This document shows, piece after piece, positions 59,600 to 64,000 of a stretch of 64,000 nt of DNA. The stretch is from contig OZ218951.1 of the NCBI GenBank assembly GCA_965112735.1, positions 558,001 through 622,000 of the forward strand. The letters run 5' to 3'. How positions within the stretch are numbered: the stretch's first letter is position 1; the number at the start of each line of letters is the position of its first letter. The position numbers and the translations under genes were made by a program. Source of the DNA: Phaeosaccion multiseriatum (lineage: Eukaryota > Protista > Ochrophyta, other classes). The notes beneath the pieces are model-generated. The model searched no databases. It had not been told where the DNA came from and was given only the letters and a program-made list of their open reading frames with translations.

Positions 59600-62500
59600 C
59601 CACCGCTAAGCAAGCGGCCGGCCTTGATATAATAGGCAGGCTGTATGAATTACAACAGGCCAGTAACATTTGGCGGAGAGTGAAGAGAGCAAGCCGACAA
59701 GAAGGGGCAGATGCTGTTGCGGCCCCCGCCACGTTCTCAATGATGATGCCTTCCTATTATATTCACTTTGCTTCGCTTCGCAAGTCTCACTGCCCCTACC
59801 CCCTGCATGCGCATCCTCGCCCTCCCTCCCCGCCAGCCTATCCACGAACACACCTCCTCTCCATTGCGCCTCACACGAACGCACTTGTAACGCCCACAGC
59901 CCCGCCCCCCCTCACCCTCACTCTTTGGCCCTGTCAAGTCAAATCAAGCCTGATCTCCCTCCGTACCCACCCGCACCTTGACCAAATCGCCGTTGTCGAA
60001 GGTCAGCACATCCCCCACGTAGTGCACAAACACCTCAGACACGGCGCTTTCGGGGTCGTCCTCCAGATACACATGCATTGTCTCCCGCGAGTCCTCCTCA
60101 TTCGTTTGTGGGCCGACGCGCGAATGTGGATGCGGCGGATGCCATGCCTTCTTCTCTGCCACAGCTCTTCCACCTCGTCCTCCCCCTTCTTCTTCTGCAG
60201 GTGCTGCTGGGGCTGCTCCTTCCCGTGCCTTCGCCTCTGCAACAGCTTTTCCTCCTCCTCCTCCTCCACCACCACCACCACTACTACTACCTTGCTCTCC
60301 CCCTGCGGGAGCCGCTGCTGTCTCTCCTGTGTGAGGAAGACCCATGCCTGCTGTTCCGCCCTCCTCCGCGGCTGCCGTCGACGCAGAAGAAGCAGACACC
60401 CAAATGAACTGACATCTGTTGCGCCACTCGTCATCGCCCCCACCACTCGGAGCTGGAGCAGCGCCACCAGCAGCTCCAGCAGCAGCACCAGCAAGAGCAT
60501 GTGTCCCCTTCCCACTCCGACTTTCTCGTGCGGGAGGCGCGTCCTCCAGCAGCTGCAGCGGAGAGATGGCTGGCTCAAAGTAGTGGCACTTGAACACGGC
60601 AGCAACGCAGTAGGCCTCCAGCAAGTCATTATAGTCCTCGTCCCTCCAGTCGCCATCATGGATAAACTCCTCCTCTCGCACGTGCTCCACCTGGTACCGG
60701 TAACAGGCAAGAGGAGCCGGGACGGGAGTGGAAGTCGGGCCTGCTCTTGGTCCCCCTCTCTTGGCAGGAGCCTTCCCTTTCCGCCCCGCAGCTCCTGCTG
60801 TGCCTCCTCCTCCTCCTCCTTCTTCTTCTTCTTCTTCCGCCTCTGCCTCTGCCTCGGACGGCCCTCCCATACCGCCCGCGTGGCCTCCTCCTGCCACGGC
60901 CTCGCAGTCATCGTCGCCAGCAGCGCTCGCTGCGCTACTTGCTGCTTTTGCTGCGGCAAGCGCTTGTTCTACGCCCTCCACTGTCCCTGACGCCGCTGTG
61001 GATGATGCAACCACCGTGTCCTTCCTCACCACCGCCGCCACAACCCTCGAACGCCTGGTCATGTCTGCCGCCGCCACCGCCGCTATCCCAGTCACCCGCT
61101 CTGTCGGCAGAAGGAAGTTGACGGGGAACTTGGCGTTGTAGCTCAGCTGCCTAATCGCCGGGGGGAGGCGCACGGGGTGGAGATATTTGGACTCAAAGTG
61201 GAGTTTACGCAGCCCTTCTGGGAGGTTCAGGGTGTGGTCGAAATGAAACCCATCCATAATGAGTCTCTGCAAGGATGCGGGCAGCTGCAACGGCTGGGTG
61301 TAGCACTCCCCCAGCTCCAACTCCTCCAACACTTGGTTCCCGGTAAACGAGAGGCTCTCATTGAACTCCGCCCCAAACAAGAGCACCTTGAGCGAGGACA
61401 CCAAGTGCAGGGGGTGTTTGAAGGAGTCTCCAAAGGCCAAGTATTCCAAGCCCCTTGGCGTACAGCAACGCAACGACGGGAGGAGAAGGGGAGGAGACGT
61501 GAGCACAGATGCGAGGCAGGGAAGGAGAGACACAGCTCTTGTGCCAGAGAGGCCTTGAGGGGTGGTACACACGCACACACGCACACACTTACTCGTTGAG
61601 CGAGATGGCCTGATCGAAATCGTGTCCAAAAGATATCCGTCGGAGAGAGGAGGGAAAGTTGACTGCTTGGTCGAAGTCGTCTCCTGCTCATGAAGGCGGA
61701 GTGTGTAGGGATGAGGGGCGAGGGGGGGGGGGGGGAGGGGAGGAATGAGGCGGCTGGAGGACAAGAGGCAATCGTCCACCGAAGACAGCACTCACTGACG
61801 GGCTGTAGAGATGCGCGAGAGAGGACGGAGAGCGCCAGTGGAATCGGCCTTTTGAAACCCGAAACCAGATCAGAACAACACACCCATGACGTGAAGCAAG
61901 CCACAATGACATGAAGCAAAAGCCAGAAGAAAGGTCAAAATACGCACAGACATGATCACCTCACGGAACAATGCTACAAGCACATGTTACTCTGACTCCA
62001 CGCCTCAGGACTCAACTCACCAAATTCCACGTCCACCAAGTCGCTGAGGAGGGGGTAAGTCAGTGGGAGAAGGGCAGAGAGCGAGGGGAGGGGGGGTGTG
62101 GTTGGGGGTTGGGCAAGTGGGCAGCACCAACGGCTTGACAAGCATGCGTATGCAAGACCGAGAAAGTCTGGGAGGAGCAAGTGAAAGCTCACCTTGGGAG
62201 ATCCACGTGGTAGTTAAATCGTTCTCCAAACGAAAGCTCCAGAAGCGAGCTCGGCAAGGTGATGGGCTGAAAGAAGTCGTCCCCCACCACGAGCTTCACG
62301 AGCCCACTGCAAACGCGAACCACAAGCGTCCAGAGGCGGCCAGGGAGGGGGCACACAGAAATGAGGGTGGGCAAGCAAGGTCGGTGGTACGCAGAAGGGA
62401 GCACCAACACGAACGCTGGCAGCTACGATATGTCCCGCTCCCAAACAGTTGCCATGAGAGAGCACACGCACACTGTCTCCAATATACGATCGACGCAGTG

Positions 62501-63905
62501 CCAGGACCTGAGCACGTGCGCGAGTGCCCCTCCAGCCGCACGTGTGTGCGTGAGCGGCTCTCTCTACTTCAGTACTCTTCCGTCCTCTTGTTCCACTTGC
62601 CTTGGGAGCTCCAAATGCTGATTAAATGCGTACCCGAACGAAGCGATACGCAGAGAGGCGGGGAGAGATATGGGTCGATTGAATTCTCCCGCCATTTCCA
62701 GCTCCTCCAGCCGCTCCGGTAACAGAATGTCTTGGTCAAAATTCAGCCCGAGGTGTAACTTCCGGAGAGAGGCTGGCAACTGAATGCTCTCATTAAACAC
62801 CCCAACTATGGAGAGCTCTTCCAGAGAACTGCGGTGGAAGCACAAGAACAAAAGAATCGGAGAAGCAAGAACATGAGCAATGCAGGCATACGATCGCACC
62901 CGCCCAAACACCCACTGACATGCTCCGTCCCACCCTTTACCAATGAGAAGCCTAGCCCCTCCCCCCCCCCCCCCAAATTCTGTGCCCACCTGGGCAGGCT
63001 CGGCAGTGGGCTGTTGAACAGCTCGCCTAACATTAATATTTTGAGGTTCGTGAGGCTCGAGAGCTTGAGGGAGCCCAAGTTGCGGAAGCTGTACCCCAAG
63101 TGCAGCACCTCCAGAGAGGAGGGCAGGCGGTTGCCAGGCACGGGCCCCTCGAAGAGGTCGCCCACAGCCAACACCTTGAGGCTGTCGGGCAGCACGGCGA
63201 GCGCCTTCTTGATGAGGGCTGTGGTCATTCATTCATTGGTTGGAGAGAAGAGAGTGAGAAGTCAAGTGCGGCGTGTGGGAGCGGGGTGGGAGAGGATCCA
63301 AGCCATGGACACCCCCCCATCAATCATGTCTATCATGTCTCACCTGTCTCCTCCCTCCTAAATTGCAGTGAGTAGTCTTGGGGCACCATGAAGTTGCCCT
63401 CGATACAGACCCCAAGAATCACCTCCTCCACAGGAAATCGCTGCTGTCTTCCAGTCACCCCGCTCTCCGTCTCTGCCCCCTCCTCCATGCACTCCCTCCC
63501 TCGCTTGCTTCCGCTCCTCACTAGCGGGGCTCCGTGGAAGACTGGGCTGGAGCGGAGACGCCTACGACTAGGGTTGTTGTCGATCATCATTAGCAGCCTC
63601 TGCTTCACATCCTCTGGTGTGTAGGAGGTCAGGGTTATGGGCCGCGGCGTGAGCTCGTCTAAGGACCGGCAGATCCCATAAAGCTCCTCCAGCGGCCAGA
63701 AGGCTCTCACAACGATACTTGCGACCTGCCACCCATTTCCTCCGTTGGACGGGATCGTAGACAACCCTCCCCCGTTGCTTGGGAGGCGTCCATTTCCCAA
63801 CGCCAAGGGGGTGGGTCTTCCCTTTGGCTTGCCGCCCTGGTCCCTCTTACTCCCCCTCGACCTCCCATTCCTGCCGCCACTGCTGCTACTCCCACCACTA
63901 CTCAT
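59556..63905 (-). CDS. FNIP-repeat (LRR-like) protein with an uncharacterised C-terminal region; 3' end uncertain
   Basis: About 20 repeats of the form LPxxLxxLxFGxxFNxP (e.g. LPSSLLELSFGERFN, LPASLRIASFGYAFNQHL, LKVLLFGAEFNESL) spread over GT-AG exons starting at ATG 63905. Confidence 0.8.
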
Positions 63906-64000
63906 GTCCTGATGTGTGGTTTGCTGTCTCTTTTTCTACTCCTTGGCTCCTGAGCGCACCCTCAGATGGGGGGCGGCTGGTCTGGAGACTAAGGTGGATA

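Noticed and set aside
1-64000. tRNA, rRNA, telomeric arrays, intact retroelements or viral inserts
   Set aside because: None recognised; the rRNA matches are only short snoRNA antisense elements.

Overview
Eukaryotic, GC-rich, intron-dense (GT-AG) nuclear DNA with abundant microsatellites. It is inferred to come from a photosynthetic stramenopile (ochrophyte), based on bipartite plastid presequences and a snoRNA guide that matches the stramenopile form of 18S rRNA. About 14 spliced protein-coding genes were reconstructed by hand: a thylakoid-lumen protein (5' truncated), an RHL1-like topoisomerase VI accessory subunit, a polyproline protein, an EF-hand/TM/Cys-rich protein ending in a Hedgehog-type Hog (Hint + sterol-recognition-like) domain, a PH-domain protein, a type-A DnaJ, an Ig/cadherin-like + laminin IV-A protein, a WD40 protein, a coiled-coil protein, a small hypothetical protein, a plastid-targeted Lon N-domain protein, eIF3c, a large modular type-I surface protein and an FNIP-repeat protein. 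The least obvious content is a cluster of seven intronic RNAs inside eIF3c: U14, two U55 copies, an snR57-like and a U57/snR51-like C/D RNA, and two near-identical ~190-nt H/ACA-like RNAs with no target I could assign. Other highlights are the Hog-domain membrane protein (which has two apparent frameshifts), a 45-bp minisatellite that repeats a gene's own stop codon, and duplicated mucin exon pairs. Exon boundaries were read by eye and family calls rest on recalled motifs; no database searches were run.
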